From assembly GCA_965198115.1 (NCBI GenBank), contig OZ240241.1, positions 1,888,001 to 1,952,000 of the forward strand: DNA of 64,000 nt. The letters are read 5' to 3'. The notes beneath the pieces were generated by a model. The model was not told where the DNA came from, did no database searches, and was given only the letters and a program-made list of their open reading frames with translations. The DNA is from Candidatus Latescibacterota bacterium (GTDB lineage Bacteria > Latescibacterota > UBA2968). The position numbers were made by a program, and so were the translations under genes. Within the stretch, counting starts at the first letter, position 1. Each line of letters begins with the position of its first letter. This document shows, in pieces, positions 51,279 through 61,679 of this stretch.

Positions 51279-52171
51279 CAGCTCAGCTTTCCCATCCCGA
51301 CCAGAACGTCGCTCAGGACCGTCCTCTGGTCCTTAGATAAAGGACAAACGGGGTGGCGGGGTGGGGCCCTCCGGCGAACCCGACCATGTCGGCTCCCGCT
51401 TTCAGCATGGCCGGGTGGGTCCCCAAAGTGAAGAGCGATCGAAGCGGTGCCAGGCGGGTCTGATGGACGGGCGCCGTCCAGGTCTCCCTCCTGGAACGCA
51501 TCGAAGATCGCCGCACCCACGTCGGGGGCCACGTTCGCCGTCGCCGCGATCGCGGCGGCCGCCCCCTGCTCGAACCCGGCCGCGATCAACGTATCGCGAC
51601 CCATCACGAACCTGAAACCGTCGGGCATTCCGTTGATATACTCGAGGGCCTGAGAGAAATCACCGCTGCTGTCTTTCATCCCCACAATGTTCTCGTGCGA
51701 CTCGGCCAGCCTCCTCACCGTGTCGACGGCCAGTGCATTGCCCGTGCGCGCGGGCAGGTTATAAAGGAGGATCGGCACACTCACGGATGAGGCGATTTCG
51801 GCATAGTGTGTGTAGAGTTCCTCCTGCGTCGGGGTGATGAAACTGGGTGTGAGAATGGAAAGGCAATCGGCGCCCACCTCCTGACCGGCCTTTGCGAGGG
51901 CGATGGCTTCGTGCGTCGCATTCGCAGACGTACCGACGTAGGCGGGAACACGGCCGTCGGCCGCAGCCACCGTCCACTCGTAGACCTGTTGTTTCTCATC
52001 GAACGAGAGGGCCCAGAATTCGCCGGCGGTTCCGATCGTGAACACACCGTGCACGCCCTGCTCGATCGTTCCGTCAATCAGCCGGGTGAGGCCGTCCCGA
52101 TCGAGCGCCTCGTCGTCCGTCATGGGTGTGACGAGTGCTGGAATAACACCTCTAATGAAGGATGCGTCCAC
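51278..52171 (-). CDS. Dihydrodipicolinate synthase-family aldolase; two compensating frameshifts near 51465 and 51362
   Basis: [28 protein letters not shown]; the alternate frame gives [20 protein letters not shown]. Confidence 0.88.
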   Translation of the reverse strand: MDASFIRGVIPALVTPMTDDEALDRDGLTRLIDGTIEQGVHGVFTIGTAGEFWALSFDEKQQVYEWTVAAADGRVPAYVGTSANATHEAIALAKAGQEVGADCLSILTPSFITPTQEELYTHYAEIASSVSVPILLYNLPARTGNALAVDTVRRLAESHENIVGMKDSSGDFSQALEYINGMPDGFRFVMGRDTLIAAGFEQGAAAAIAATANVAPDVGAAIFDAFQEGDLDGARPSDPPGTASIALHFGDPPGHAESGSRHGRVRRRAPPRHPVCPLSKDQRTVLSDVLVGMGKLS

Positions 52172-52273
52172 GACCTGATCTCCTCGTTGAGTGGGTCAAT
52201 GACTCGGGGCGAACCGATGATACCCCGGGGCCCCAGCCTTGTCAACGGAAAGCCCCAAAAGGGGCGATTCGCC

Positions 52274-52302
52274 TTGACTTCGGCCGGTTTCTGCAATAAA
52301 AT
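52274..52302 (+). promoter_or_regulatory. Sigma70 promoter of greA
   Basis: TTGACT-17 bp-TAAAAT. Confidence 0.8.
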
Positions 52303-52311
52303 AGGAACGTC

Positions 52312-52353
52312 TCCGGGGTTTCGAGCTAGGCCCGAAACCCCCGGATTTTTTTT
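52312..52353 (+). terminator. Intrinsic terminator within the greA 5' leader (attenuator)
   Basis: tccggggtttcg-agctaggcc-cgaaacccccgga followed by T8, between the promoter and the RBS. Confidence 0.75.
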
Positions 52354-52364
52354 GAGGACAAGGA

Positions 52365-52838
52365 ATGAACCGAGTCTACTTGACCAAAGAAGGCTACGAA
52401 AAGCTGCGGAGTGAACTCGAACAACTGCAGACCAAAGAGCGCCCAAAGGTTGTCGACGCCATTGCCCGAGCGCGTGAATTCGGGGACCTGAGCGAAAACG
52501 CGGAATACGCGGCGGCCAAAGAGCGCCAGATGCAACTCGAGGGACGGATCGCCGAGATTCACGAAAAACTGACACGATCCGAAATCATCGATGAGTCCCA
52601 GATCCCCAAAGACAAAGCGTATCTGGGCGCACTCGTCAAGCTCCTGGACAAAAAGAAGGATACCGAAGTAACCTACAAGCTCGTCTCGACCGACGAGGCC
52701 GATTTTACGGAAAATAAAATCTCTACCGAATCGCCCATCGGAAAGGCCCTCCTGGGAAAGAGTGTCGGAGATCAGGTCGAGGCCACGGTACCCGCCGGAA
52801 AACTCGAGTTCGAGATTCTCAAAATCTCCAGATCTTGA
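52365..52838 (+). CDS. greA: Transcription elongation factor GreA
   Basis: AREFGDLSENAEY, IS.ESPIGKALLG. Confidence 0.98.
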   Translation: MNRVYLTKEGYEKLRSELEQLQTKERPKVVDAIARAREFGDLSENAEYAAAKERQMQLEGRIAEIHEKLTRSEIIDESQIPKDKAYLGALVKLLDKKKDTEVTYKLVSTDEADFTENKISTESPIGKALLGKSVGDQVEATVPAGKLEFEILKISRS

Positions 52839-52859
52839 TCCAACTTGCGAAAGAGCAAA

Positions 52860-52892
52860 CGCGCCCGGATAATCCGGGCGCGCTCTTTTTTT
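52860..52892 (+). terminator. Terminator between convergent greA and rlmD
   Basis: cgcgcccgga-taa-tccgggcgcg-ctctttttt. Confidence 0.85.
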
Positions 52893-52923
52893 GTCTGTCC
52901 GTTGGGGTCGGTTTGTGGCGATC

Positions 52924-54300
52924 CTACCTGTCCAGGCGAATCAACACTTCGCAGTGCGGTGTCTGGGGTAGCATATCGACAACCTGCGCCTCCGTAACGG
53001 CGTATCCATACGCACGAAGCCGTACCACATCCTCGACGAGCGCATTCGGATTGCACGACACATAGACAATCCTTCGCGGACCGAGTTCCCCGAGCGCGGC
53101 CAGTGCTTTGGCGTGCATGCCGGGCCTGGGAGGGTCGGTCACAGCAACATCGAACGTTTCCCCCCGACGCCTGAGTTGCGACAAGAGGTCCTCGGCCGAT
53201 CCGGCCATGAACTGGCAATGGGCCACGTTGTTCTGTCCGCCGTTCCTTACGGCATCCCGAATGGCCGCCTCCGACGATTCGATTCCGAGGACGTCTTTGG
53301 ATCGATCCGACAGAAAGAACGAGATACCACCCGTCCCGCAGTAAACGTCGAGCGCCCGATCGTCCGGGGACAAGTCTGCCAACGACACGATCCGCTCGTA
53401 CATCCGGTCCGCCTGTAGCGTGTTCGGCTGGAAGAAGGATCCGAGCGAGATGTCGAACCGAAAGCGCCCCAGCCGGTCCTCGATCGTCGGTTTGCCGACG
53501 ACAACCCGCTCCTCATCCCCCGTCGCAACCTGGGCCTTGCGCGAGTTGATGCTATGGATCACGGACACAACCTCGGGAAACCGCGCCACGAGTGCGTCCG
53601 CGAACACACTCACATCTTCAAAAGGCTCCGTCGAAGTGGTCAGGGCTACCATCACTTCCCCGGTACGTTTGCCGTCCCTGATGGTCAGAAAACGCAACAG
53701 TCCCGTGTGCCGTTTCAGATCGTAGGAGGTCAAGCCCATCGAACGCACGAAGTCTCGCGTAAACCCTACGATCGCGTTCGACAGATCCGACTGAAGGTGG
53801 CACGCGCGCAGATCGAAGACCTGGTCGAAACGTCCACTCGCGTGAAGTCCGACCGTCGGGCCATCTTCCGATCCGGCGAAGGAAAACTCCATCTTGTTTC
53901 GGTAGTAGAACGGCGATGGTGCCTCCAGAGGGGCTTCGAACTCGATCTCACATCCCGCTCGGTTCAGGCAATCTTCGACCAGCCGGGACTTCAGGTTCAG
54001 CTGATCGGCATAAGACAGGTCTTGCCACAAACATCCTCCGCAGGTTCCGAAATGGAGGCACGTCGGGTCCTGACGGACAACACCCGGATCTACGATTTCC
54101 AACAGACGGCCCTCGGCCTCCTTGCGACGATGGCGCACTTTCCTCAGACCGACGAGCAGGCGATCCCCGGGCACGCCCCCCCTCACCGACACCGTGTAAC
54201 CATCGAGATGAGCCTGCCCTCGACCCTTGGCGTCGACACGATCGATCGTCAGGCTGGCACGCAACCCCGGGCGGGGCTTCCAGTTGTTGTCAGCCATCAC
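52924..54300 (-). CDS. rlmD: 23S rRNA (uracil-5)-methyltransferase RlmD
   Basis: TRAM domain, C.HFG.CGGC..Q, YRNKMEF, SFFQ.N, D.YCGTG, DPPRPG, YVSCNP, PQTPH.E. Confidence 0.95.
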   Translation of the reverse strand: MMADNNWKPRPGLRASLTIDRVDAKGRGQAHLDGYTVSVRGGVPGDRLLVGLRKVRHRRKEAEGRLLEIVDPGVVRQDPTCLHFGTCGGCLWQDLSYADQLNLKSRLVEDCLNRAGCEIEFEAPLEAPSPFYYRNKMEFSFAGSEDGPTVGLHASGRFDQVFDLRACHLQSDLSNAIVGFTRDFVRSMGLTSYDLKRHTGLLRFLTIRDGKRTGEVMVALTTSTEPFEDVSVFADALVARFPEVVSVIHSINSRKAQVATGDEERVVVGKPTIEDRLGRFRFDISLGSFFQPNTLQADRMYERIVSLADLSPDDRALDVYCGTGGISFFLSDRSKDVLGIESSEAAIRDAVRNGGQNNVAHCQFMAGSAEDLLSQLRRRGETFDVAVTDPPRPGMHAKALAALGELGPRRIVYVSCNPNALVEDVVRLRAYGYAVTEAQVVDMLPQTPHCEVLIRLDR

Positions 54301-55450
54301 GTGGGTCCTGGCCGAACCGATCGGCCAGCGCCTCCACCAGATCGGGCTGTTCGATCAAGGTCCGGTAAGAAAAAATGACGTAGCCGTCGAGCCCCGTCGC
54401 CGTGGCCTTCTCGGCTTGCAACAGCGTGTCCGCCGCACGCTGATTCCACGCACCGATGCCTGCCAGAACGTGACCCTTCAGCGCATACCGCCGCACGGCC
54501 TCCATCTGTTGAGACAGTTCATCGAGCGATCCAACGTAGAACATGGGCACGACAAAATCGACATATCGGCGATTGAGCCACCGCACCCAATCCTGGCCAT
54601 ACCGGCGGTAGGCCCGGAGAATGTCGGGTTTTACCGCTGCCGAAACGCGGATCTCCGGCCGGATCTGACGGCAAAGCCGCTTCACACGCTGGACAAACTG
54701 CGTCACGTGGTCGCTCCGCCAAGCGACCCACGCGCTCCGATCCGCATCGTCCATCTCTCGAGGGTTCCGACGATAGGACTGCTCGAAAGCCGCAGTGGCT
54801 GTGGGGCTGTAGTCGTAGTGTTCATTGGGGTAGCGAACGTAGTCGAGATGCAGACCGTTCACCGGGTAGCGGCGTAACAATTCGTTCGCGACGGCAAGCA
54901 GATGACGTCCAACGCCGGGATGTGAAGGGGACAGATATCGCCCCTCGACACCCCTCGGCCTCAGATCGACCCCGAGGTCGGTGGCCCCCATGTCGATGCC
55001 ATCGATCGATGTTGCGAACCAGTCGGGATGTTTCACAAGCACGTGGGTGTCCGAGTTGGGCCAACCATCGGTATACCACGTGAGGTAAACATTGAACCAG
55101 GCGTGGACGGTCAGCCCGTGGTCTCGCGCCTGCGCCAGAACATCCGCGAGGGGGTCGAATCCCTCCTCCACGTCCTCGGCCAGGGGCACGAGCGCGCTGC
55201 GGTAGTACGCGTTTCCGCGTCCCCGCACCTGCACGAACAACGTCGTCGTCCCCGCTCGAACGGCCGTCTCGACAACCTCACGCACCCCCGCCGCTGTCGC
55301 GATGTCGTGCCGAACGACCCAGAGCCCCCGCACCGGTGCAGACCGGGCCTCCACGGGTGACCGGAATCCCAGAGCCAGGACCAGCAAAAAGGGCAAGCCG
55401 ACCCACTGGCCAGCTTGCCCCGAACAGGCACGTTCTGAGATCGACGTCAC
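54290..55450 (-). CDS. Glycoside hydrolase-like family 10 (GHL10, YddW/DigH-like) secreted protein
   Basis: RGLWV, QVRGRG, FDPL, HAWFN, GLHLDYVRYP, QDW..W, PMFY. Confidence 0.85.
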   Translation of the reverse strand: MTSISERACSGQAGQWVGLPFLLVLALGFRSPVEARSAPVRGLWVVRHDIATAAGVREVVETAVRAGTTTLFVQVRGRGNAYYRSALVPLAEDVEEGFDPLADVLAQARDHGLTVHAWFNVYLTWYTDGWPNSDTHVLVKHPDWFATSIDGIDMGATDLGVDLRPRGVEGRYLSPSHPGVGRHLLAVANELLRRYPVNGLHLDYVRYPNEHYDYSPTATAAFEQSYRRNPREMDDADRSAWVAWRSDHVTQFVQRVKRLCRQIRPEIRVSAAVKPDILRAYRRYGQDWVRWLNRRYVDFVVPMFYVGSLDELSQQMEAVRRYALKGHVLAGIGAWNQRAADTLLQAEKATATGLDGYVIFSYRTLIEQPDLVEALADRFGQDPRDG

Positions 55451-56040
55451 GCCTTTTTTTCGTCTCCTTCGTCATCTGCATCAGGATCGGCTTCCTTTGC
55501 GAAATCGGCTTCCGCCGTCTCGTCGTCTTCCTCCTCTTCCGACGCTTCGCCGTCGGAGTCGTCCGATTCGGCCTCCACCACATCTACTTCCTCTTCAGCC
55601 ACCTCGTCCTCCACGTCCGTCTCGCTCTGACCGTCTTCGCTGACCGCCGTACTCGAGGCGGTATCCGCGAAGTCGGCACGACGCTCCGATCCCACGAGTT
55701 CGATCAAACAGACCTCCGTCGCATCGCCCCGACGCGGCCCCAGATTCAGAACGCGTGTGTAGCCTCCTTCTCGTTCGGCGAATGACGGCCCGATCTCGTC
55801 GAACAGCTTCGACACGACCACCTTGTTCCGAATTCGCCTCAACACCATTCGCCGAGCGTGCAGATCGCCTCGTTTTGCGAACGTGATCAGCCGCTCGGCC
55901 ACCTGGCGCAACTCCTTCGCCTTCGGGCGTGTCGTGCGGATGGTGCCGTGCATGAACAGAGACGTCGCCAGATTGTTCATGGTCGCTTTCTTGTGGCTGG
56001 CCGTGCGACCGAGCTTGCGCCCTCGTTTTCCGTGCCTCAT
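55447..56040 (-). CDS. rplQ: 50S ribosomal protein L17 with long acidic tail
   Basis: MRHGKRGRKLGRT..GGYTR..RRGD. Confidence 0.97.
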   Translation of the reverse strand: MRHGKRGRKLGRTASHKKATMNNLATSLFMHGTIRTTRPKAKELRQVAERLITFAKRGDLHARRMVLRRIRNKVVVSKLFDEIGPSFAEREGGYTRVLNLGPRRGDATEVCLIELVGSERRADFADTASSTAVSEDGQSETDVEDEVAEEEVDVVEAESDDSDGEASEEEEDDETAEADFAKEADPDADDEGDEKKA

Positions 56041-56060
56041 AACTTCCGTCTACCTTCAGC

Positions 56061-57077
56061 TTAGAAATCTTCGTCGATCACCGCCATTGGCTCGGACTTC
56101 GTGGCGACGTCTTTGTACTTGGACGTGTCCATCCCGAATTGGAGGCCAAGACCCTCCAGGATCGCGTTCAGTTCATTCAGCGATTTCCGGCCGAAATTCC
56201 GAAACTTCAACATTTCGGGCTCACTCCGCCCGACGAGATCTTCCAGTGTAATGATGTCGGCCGCCTTCAGACAGTTGGCCGACCGGACCGACAGTTCGAG
56301 CTCTTCGACCTGCATCTTCAAGAGTTGGGCGACGCGCTGAGTCTCCTCGTCCACGACCTCTTCCTCTTCGGCCGCGGGCTCCTCATCGAAGTTGATGAAC
56401 AGCTCCAGATGGTCCTTCAGAGTCTTGGCCGCGTGAGCGACCCCGTCGTCGGGTCGAACGACGCCGTTCGTCCACACCTCCATCGTCAGTTTATCATAGT
56501 CCGTCTGCTGACCGACCCTGGCGTTGTCGACTTCATAGTGCACTTTGCGAATCGGTGAAAAGGCTGAATCCAGGGCGATCGTGCCCATCGAGTGCTCCGT
56601 AGACTTGTTCGTGTCCGCGAGTACGTAGCCCCGGCCTTTCCCGATCGTTATTTCCATGTCGAGCACACCGTCCTTGTCGAGGGTGGCGATATGCTGATCC
56701 GGATTCATCACTTCGATCTGGGCATCGACCTGGAGGTCCTTCGCCGCTAGTGAGCCCGCGCCCTCTTTCTTGACCTGGATCTGCTTCTCTTCGCTATCCA
56801 AAAGACGAATGTTCACTTCTTTCAGGTTCAGGATGATCTCGGTCACGTCTTCGACCACACCATCCAACACAGAAAACTCGTGTTGTACGCCCTCGATTTT
56901 GACGGCTTTCACAGCCGCACCTTCGATCGATGAAAGGAGCACGCGCCTCAGCGCGTTCCCGATCGTTGTTCCGAATCCCCGTTCGAGAGGCTGGACCGTG
57001 AACTGGCCAAAGGTATCCGTCAGCGTCTCTTCGTCGATCAGCACCGATCGGGGCATTTGGAAATTCTTGGGCTTCAT
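56061..57077 (-). CDS. rpoA: RNA polymerase alpha subunit
   Basis: PLERGFG.T.GNALRRVLLSS, LELSVRSANCL, NFGRKSL. Confidence 0.99.
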   Translation of the reverse strand: MKPKNFQMPRSVLIDEETLTDTFGQFTVQPLERGFGTTIGNALRRVLLSSIEGAAVKAVKIEGVQHEFSVLDGVVEDVTEIILNLKEVNIRLLDSEEKQIQVKKEGAGSLAAKDLQVDAQIEVMNPDQHIATLDKDGVLDMEITIGKGRGYVLADTNKSTEHSMGTIALDSAFSPIRKVHYEVDNARVGQQTDYDKLTMEVWTNGVVRPDDGVAHAAKTLKDHLELFINFDEEPAAEEEEVVDEETQRVAQLLKMQVEELELSVRSANCLKAADIITLEDLVGRSEPEMLKFRNFGRKSLNELNAILEGLGLQFGMDTSKYKDVATKSEPMAVIDEDF

Positions 57078-57113
57078 GCAGGCGTTCTCCTTGGGTTTCG
57101 TCTGGAGAGGTGG

Positions 57114-57743
57114 TTACTTGGAGTACAGCTCGACAATCAGGTGTTCCTCGACTGCCGTGGGGATATCTTCTCGGTTCGGCCGCTCGAGGAATTGCCCGCT
57201 TAGGTTGACCTTGTCGACTGTGAGCCACGGCACCTGGCGTCCTTCACCCATGCGTTTGAGCGAGTCGTGAACGAGCGCGAGTTGGCGGCTCTTCTCACAC
57301 AGCTGGATGGTGTCGCCGGTCGCGACCTGGTAGGAAGGGATGTCGACGCGCTTTTCATTGACCGTGATGTGCCCGTGTCGTACGAGCTGACGTGCGGATT
57401 TCCGAGAAGGCGCGAACCCGAGCCGGTAGACGACGTTATCGAGCCGTGCTTCGAGCATCTGAAGGAGGGTCTCGCCCGTCACGCCACGACGACGTGCCGA
57501 CTCTTTATAATATCCGCGGAACTGGTTTTCGAGAACCCCGTACTGGCGCTTTGCCTTTTGCTTTTCGCGTAGCTGCATCGCGTATTCGGACGGCTTGCGA
57601 CTCGGCCTCTGACCGTGCTGTCCGGGTGCGTAGTTTCGCCGGTCGACGGCGCATTTGTCGAGATAGCAGCGCTCTCCCTTGAGGAAGAGCTTCACGCCCT
57701 CCCGGCGACAGAGCTTGCAATTGGGGCCCGTATACCTGGCCAT
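57114..57743 (-). CDS. rpsD: 30S ribosomal protein S4 (Zn-binding type)
   Basis: [30 protein letters not shown]. Confidence 0.99.
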   Translation of the reverse strand: MARYTGPNCKLCRREGVKLFLKGERCYLDKCAVDRRNYAPGQHGQRPSRKPSEYAMQLREKQKAKRQYGVLENQFRGYYKESARRRGVTGETLLQMLEARLDNVVYRLGFAPSRKSARQLVRHGHITVNEKRVDIPSYQVATGDTIQLCEKSRQLALVHDSLKRMGEGRQVPWLTVDKVNLSGQFLERPNREDIPTAVEEHLIVELYSK

Positions 57744-57768
57744 TCAGATCTCCCTCAGTTTCTTCTCG

Positions 57769-58149
57769 TTACACTCTGCGACGTTTTGGTGGTCGACATC
57801 CATTGTGGGGAATCGGCGTCACGTCTTTAATCGCCGAGATTTCCAACCCGGCGCCCTGCAGCGACCGCACGGCGGCCTCTCGCCCAACGCCCGGGCCCTT
57901 GACCCAGACCTCGACGCGCCGTAGTCCCATCGCCATCGCCTCTTTTGCGGCGGCTTCGGCCGCCATCTGCGCCGCGAACGGTGTGCTTTTCTTCGAACCC
58001 TTGAAGGCGACCTTGCCCGTCGACGCCCAGGAGATGGTGTTCCCTTCCTTGTCGGTCAACGTGACGATCGTGTTGTTAAAGCTCGCTCTGATGTGCGCGA
58101 CGCCCATCGCGTCCACACGCTTGGCCCTTCTTCTGCCTCTCGGTGGCAA
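57769..58149 (-). CDS. rpsK: 30S ribosomal protein S11
   Basis: [34 protein letters not shown]; TTG start after GAGGAG. Confidence 0.98.
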   Translation of the reverse strand: MPPRGRRRAKRVDAMGVAHIRASFNNTIVTLTDKEGNTISWASTGKVAFKGSKKSTPFAAQMAAEAAAKEAMAMGLRRVEVWVKGPGVGREAAVRSLQGAGLEISAIKDVTPIPHNGCRPPKRRRV

Positions 58150-58169
58150 GTGTGTCTCCTCTATGCGGC

Positions 58170-58544
58170 TCAGGTCGCCTTGCGACGTCCGACCTGGCCC
58201 TTTTTCGGACCCTTGCGGGTGCGGGCGTTCGTTCGTGTACGCTGTCCGTGCATCGGCAAGCCACGACGCCAGCGCAGCCCCCGATAGCAACCGATGTCCA
58301 TCAGGCGTTTGATGTTCATGGCCACTTCGCTGCGGAGTTCGCCCTCGACCTTGTAGCCCCCTTCGATCACGCTCCGCAGCCGACCAAGATCTTCTTCGGT
58401 CAGGGTTTCGACGCGGGTGTCGGGCGAAATCTGCGTAGCCTCGAGGATCTTGCGCGCTGACGTGAGCCCGATCCCGTAAATGTAGGTCAGCGCGACCTCA
58501 ACACGTTTGTCCCTCGGGATATCGATGCCTGCGATACGTGCCAT
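58170..58544 (-). CDS. rpsM: 30S ribosomal protein S13
   Basis: [29 protein letters not shown]. Confidence 0.99.
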   Translation of the reverse strand: MARIAGIDIPRDKRVEVALTYIYGIGLTSARKILEATQISPDTRVETLTEEDLGRLRSVIEGGYKVEGELRSEVAMNIKRLMDIGCYRGLRWRRGLPMHGQRTRTNARTRKGPKKGQVGRRKAT

Positions 58545-58564
58545 AGACGGCAGCCTCCCTTGGA

Positions 58565-58681
58565 TTAGCCCTGACGTTGCTTGTGGCGGGGATTCATTTT
58601 GCAAATGACGCGAACGACACCGCGTCGCCGGATGATCTTGCAATGATTGCATCGCTTGCTGACCGAAGAGGAAACCTTCAT
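58565..58681 (-). CDS. rpmJ: 50S ribosomal protein L36 (Zn type)
   Basis: Manual translation [38 protein letters not shown]. Confidence 0.97.
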   Translation of the reverse strand: MKVSSSVSKRCNHCKIIRRRGVVRVICKMNPRHKQRQG

Positions 58682-58696
58682 AGCGAACCCTTCCTG

Positions 58697-60037
58697 CTAC
58701 CCGCGACGTCCGCGAATGCGTCCTTTTTTCATAAACCCGTCGTAGTGCCGCATGAGCAGGTGCGATTCAACCTGCTGGAGGGTGTCTAGCGCAACACCCA
58801 CGATGATGAGAAGACCCGTTCCTCCAAAAAAGTCCGTCAGACCGGGGTGAATGTTCAGACTCTCGACGACGAAGAACGGAAACACGGCGATCCCCGCCAG
58901 GAAGATCGAACCGGGAAGCGTGATCCGTGTCAAGATCCGGTCGATGTAGTCGGACGTTCGCTTTCCCGGCCGCACCCCTGGAATGAAACCACCCTGGCGC
59001 TTCATGTTATCGGCGAGGTCGACAGGATTGAAGACAATCGCCGTGTAGAAGTAGGCGAAGAAGATGATCATCAGGCTGTAGAGAATCCAATAGGGCAGCG
59101 ACTGCGCGGTACCCCCGGGCGAAAAAGCGACCGCCAGCTGTTGCATCAACTCGATGTCGGGGAAAAAGCTCGCCAGCGTCGACGGCAGAAACATGATCGC
59201 CTGCGCAAAAATGATCGGCATCACCCCCGAAACATTGACCTTTAGGGGAATATGCGTCGTCTGCCCGCCGTAGACGCGTCGCCCCACCACACGCTTGGCG
59301 TACTGCACCGGGATCTTACGTGTGCCCTGCGTCAACATCACAGTGAGGGCGGTGACCCCCGCGATGATCGCGAGCACGAAAAGCTCCAAAAAGATGCTCT
59401 TGTCGTTCGTGACGAAGTCGCTGTATTCCTGGCCGACCGCCCACGGCAATCTGGCGATGATGCCGATGAAGATGAGCATCGACATCCCGTTCCCGATGCC
59501 ACTCGCGTCGATCTGCTCCCCGAGCCACATGATGAACACGGTGCCGGCCGTGATCGTCAGAACCGTGAGTGCCGCGAACCCCCATCCGGGCTCGACCACG
59601 ACCGAGGCGCCCGTAATCGGCGAACGCAACGACTCGAGGAAGTAGGAGACCCCGAACGACTGTGCGGCCGCCAGCCCCACGGTCCCATAGCGCGTATACT
59701 GCGTGATCTTCTTCCGTCCTTCTTCGCCTTCCTTTTGGAGCTTTTGCAGGAAAGGGATGACCGCGCCCATCAACTGAATGATGATCGACGCACTGATGTA
59801 AGGCATGATCCCGAGGGCGAAAACCGTCGCGCGCGTAAACGCCCCACCGACGAACATGTCGTACATGGAGAACAGGGTCCGATCGGCCCCCGAGAAGAAT
59901 TCCTGCAGCGCGATCCGGTCGATACCCGGAATCGGAACCTGTCCGCCGATCCGGTAAACGACAAGAATCCCGAGCGTGAACAAGATCTTGTTTCGCAGCT
60001 CGGGAATACGGAAGGCACTCTGGAATGACTTCAGCAC
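58697..60037 (-). CDS. secY: Preprotein translocase SecY
   Basis: [43 protein letters not shown]. Confidence 0.99.
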   Translation of the reverse strand: MLKSFQSAFRIPELRNKILFTLGILVVYRIGGQVPIPGIDRIALQEFFSGADRTLFSMYDMFVGGAFTRATVFALGIMPYISASIIIQLMGAVIPFLQKLQKEGEEGRKKITQYTRYGTVGLAAAQSFGVSYFLESLRSPITGASVVVEPGWGFAALTVLTITAGTVFIMWLGEQIDASGIGNGMSMLIFIGIIARLPWAVGQEYSDFVTNDKSIFLELFVLAIIAGVTALTVMLTQGTRKIPVQYAKRVVGRRVYGGQTTHIPLKVNVSGVMPIIFAQAIMFLPSTLASFFPDIELMQQLAVAFSPGGTAQSLPYWILYSLMIIFFAYFYTAIVFNPVDLADNMKRQGGFIPGVRPGKRTSDYIDRILTRITLPGSIFLAGIAVFPFFVVESLNIHPGLTDFFGGTGLLIIVGVALDTLQQVESHLLMRHYDGFMKKGRIRGRRG

Positions 60038-60553
60038 TTACGCGTCCTCCGAATCCTCTCTGTCCGACGTCGACTCTTCGTCGGATGACCCCTCTTCGTC
60101 CGACGCCGGAGCCTCGGCACCGGCCACCGACCCTCCCGCTCGCGAGATCTTGTCGATGGCTGACCCCGAAACCTTGATACCGTCCTGCACGTGAACCGTC
60201 TGTGACAGATCGCCCTGGCCCAGAATCTTCACGGGTCGCTGCGTGGAGCCGATCAGTCCGGCCTTCTTCAACACCACCACCGTCACCTCGCCCGAGATGC
60301 CCTTACGTTCCAGATCGCTCACGTTCAGCACCTGGTTGTCGGGTCTGGTAGAATTGAACCCGACCTTCGGAAGCCGCCGCTGTATGGGCATCTGGCCCCC
60401 TTCGAACCAGGGCTTGACACCGCCTCCTGACCTCGAATTCTGGCCCTTGTGTCCCTTCCCACTCGTCTTTCCCTTCCCCGAGCCGGCGCCCATTCCCAAA
60501 CGTTTCTTCTTTCGGCGCGCCCCTTTCGGCGCGCGAATGCTCCCGAGTTCCAC
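60038..60553 (-). CDS. rplO: 50S ribosomal protein L15
   Basis: GSGKGKTSGKGHKGQ, FEGGQMP..RRLPK. Confidence 0.98.
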   Translation of the reverse strand: MELGSIRAPKGARRKKKRLGMGAGSGKGKTSGKGHKGQNSRSGGGVKPWFEGGQMPIQRRLPKVGFNSTRPDNQVLNVSDLERKGISGEVTVVVLKKAGLIGSTQRPVKILGQGDLSQTVHVQDGIKVSGSAIDKISRAGGSVAGAEAPASDEEGSSDEESTSDREDSEDA

Positions 60554-60554
60554 G

Positions 60555-60734
60555 CTACACCTCTTCTACCGTTACCAGGTGGGACACGACGCCAATCATG
60601 CCAACGATCTGGGGTGTTCCCTCGTGTTCAACACTATGGTTGAGACGCCGGATTCCGAGCGCTTCGAGCGTCAGCTTCTGCTTCTTCTGCCGTTTGATCG
60701 CGCTACGGACTTGCGTGATTTTGACCTTTGCCAT
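60555..60734 (-). CDS. rpmD: 50S ribosomal protein L30
   Basis: Manual translation [43 protein letters not shown]. Confidence 0.96.
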   Translation of the reverse strand: MAKVKITQVRSAIKRQKKQKLTLEALGIRRLNHSVEHEGTPQIVGMIGVVSHLVTVEEV

Positions 60735-60737
60735 GGC

Positions 60738-61256
60738 TCAGCTTGCCACCTTCACGAGATCGGCGACATCGACACCGCGGAGCTCGGCAAAAGCTCGAGC
60801 ATCGCGCAAAGAGAGCAGCCCGTTCAAGACCGCTTTGACCGTGTTGTGAGGGTTCTTCGACCCGAGTGACTTGCTAAGTACATTCTGAATCCCGGCCAGT
60901 TCGAGGACAGCACGGGTGCCTCCTCCTGCGATCACGCCGGTTCCGGGGGCAGCAGGCTTCAGGAGCACACGCGCGGCACCGAACTCTCCGATGATTTCGT
61001 GAGGGATCGTTCCATTGATGACGGGAACGCGAACCAACTGTTTTTTTGCGTTCTCGGAGCCCTTTCGAATCGCTTCGGCGACTTCCCCCGCCTTCCCCAT
61101 GCCCACACCCACGTGCCCCTTGCGGTCACCGACGACGACGAGGGCGTTGAAGGAGAATCGTCGCCCGCCCTTGCGTACGTGCGAAACACGGTTGATGCTG
61201 TTGTTGATGACCACTTCGGTGAGATCAAGTCCTGTGGCGTCGATCTTGGCCAACAC
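60738..61256 (-). CDS. rpsE: 30S ribosomal protein S5
   Basis: [34 protein letters not shown]. Confidence 0.98.
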   Translation of the reverse strand: MLAKIDATGLDLTEVVINNSINRVSHVRKGGRRFSFNALVVVGDRKGHVGVGMGKAGEVAEAIRKGSENAKKQLVRVPVINGTIPHEIIGEFGAARVLLKPAAPGTGVIAGGGTRAVLELAGIQNVLSKSLGSKNPHNTVKAVLNGLLSLRDARAFAELRGVDVADLVKVAS

Positions 61257-61291
61257 GGCCTCCTTAACGAGTTACCTGAAGTTCCTTCACG

Positions 61292-61660
61292 TTAGAACTG
61301 AAGACCACCTTCGCGCGCGCCCTCAGCGAGCGCCTTGACCCGTCCGTGGTAGAGATACCCACCCCGGTCGAACACGACCTGCTCGATGCCGGCTTCGAGG
61401 GCTTTCTCGGCGAGGGCCTTGCCGACCTCTCGAGAGGTGTCGCACTTTCCCTCGAGACCCGCGACACGATCGGCCAGCGACGGCGAATAGCTTGCGATTC
61501 CGAGCAGAGCTCGACCTGAGACATCGTCGATCAGCTGCGCCTGAACGTGCTTGTGACCGCGGAACACGGCAAGCCGGGGACGCTCGGCGGTGCCGAAGAT
61601 CCTGTTTCGGATCCGCATGCGTCTCCTTTTTCGCATATCTCTGTTCGAGTACTTTGGCAC
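61292..61660 (-). CDS. rplR: 50S ribosomal protein L18
   Basis: GTAERPRL.VFR, VVFDRGGY.YHGRV, AREGGL.F. Confidence 0.98.
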   Translation of the reverse strand: MPKYSNRDMRKRRRMRIRNRIFGTAERPRLAVFRGHKHVQAQLIDDVSGRALLGIASYSPSLADRVAGLEGKCDTSREVGKALAEKALEAGIEQVVFDRGGYLYHGRVKALAEGAREGGLQF

Positions 61661-61679
61661 GGATGACCCTTCCGATCCG

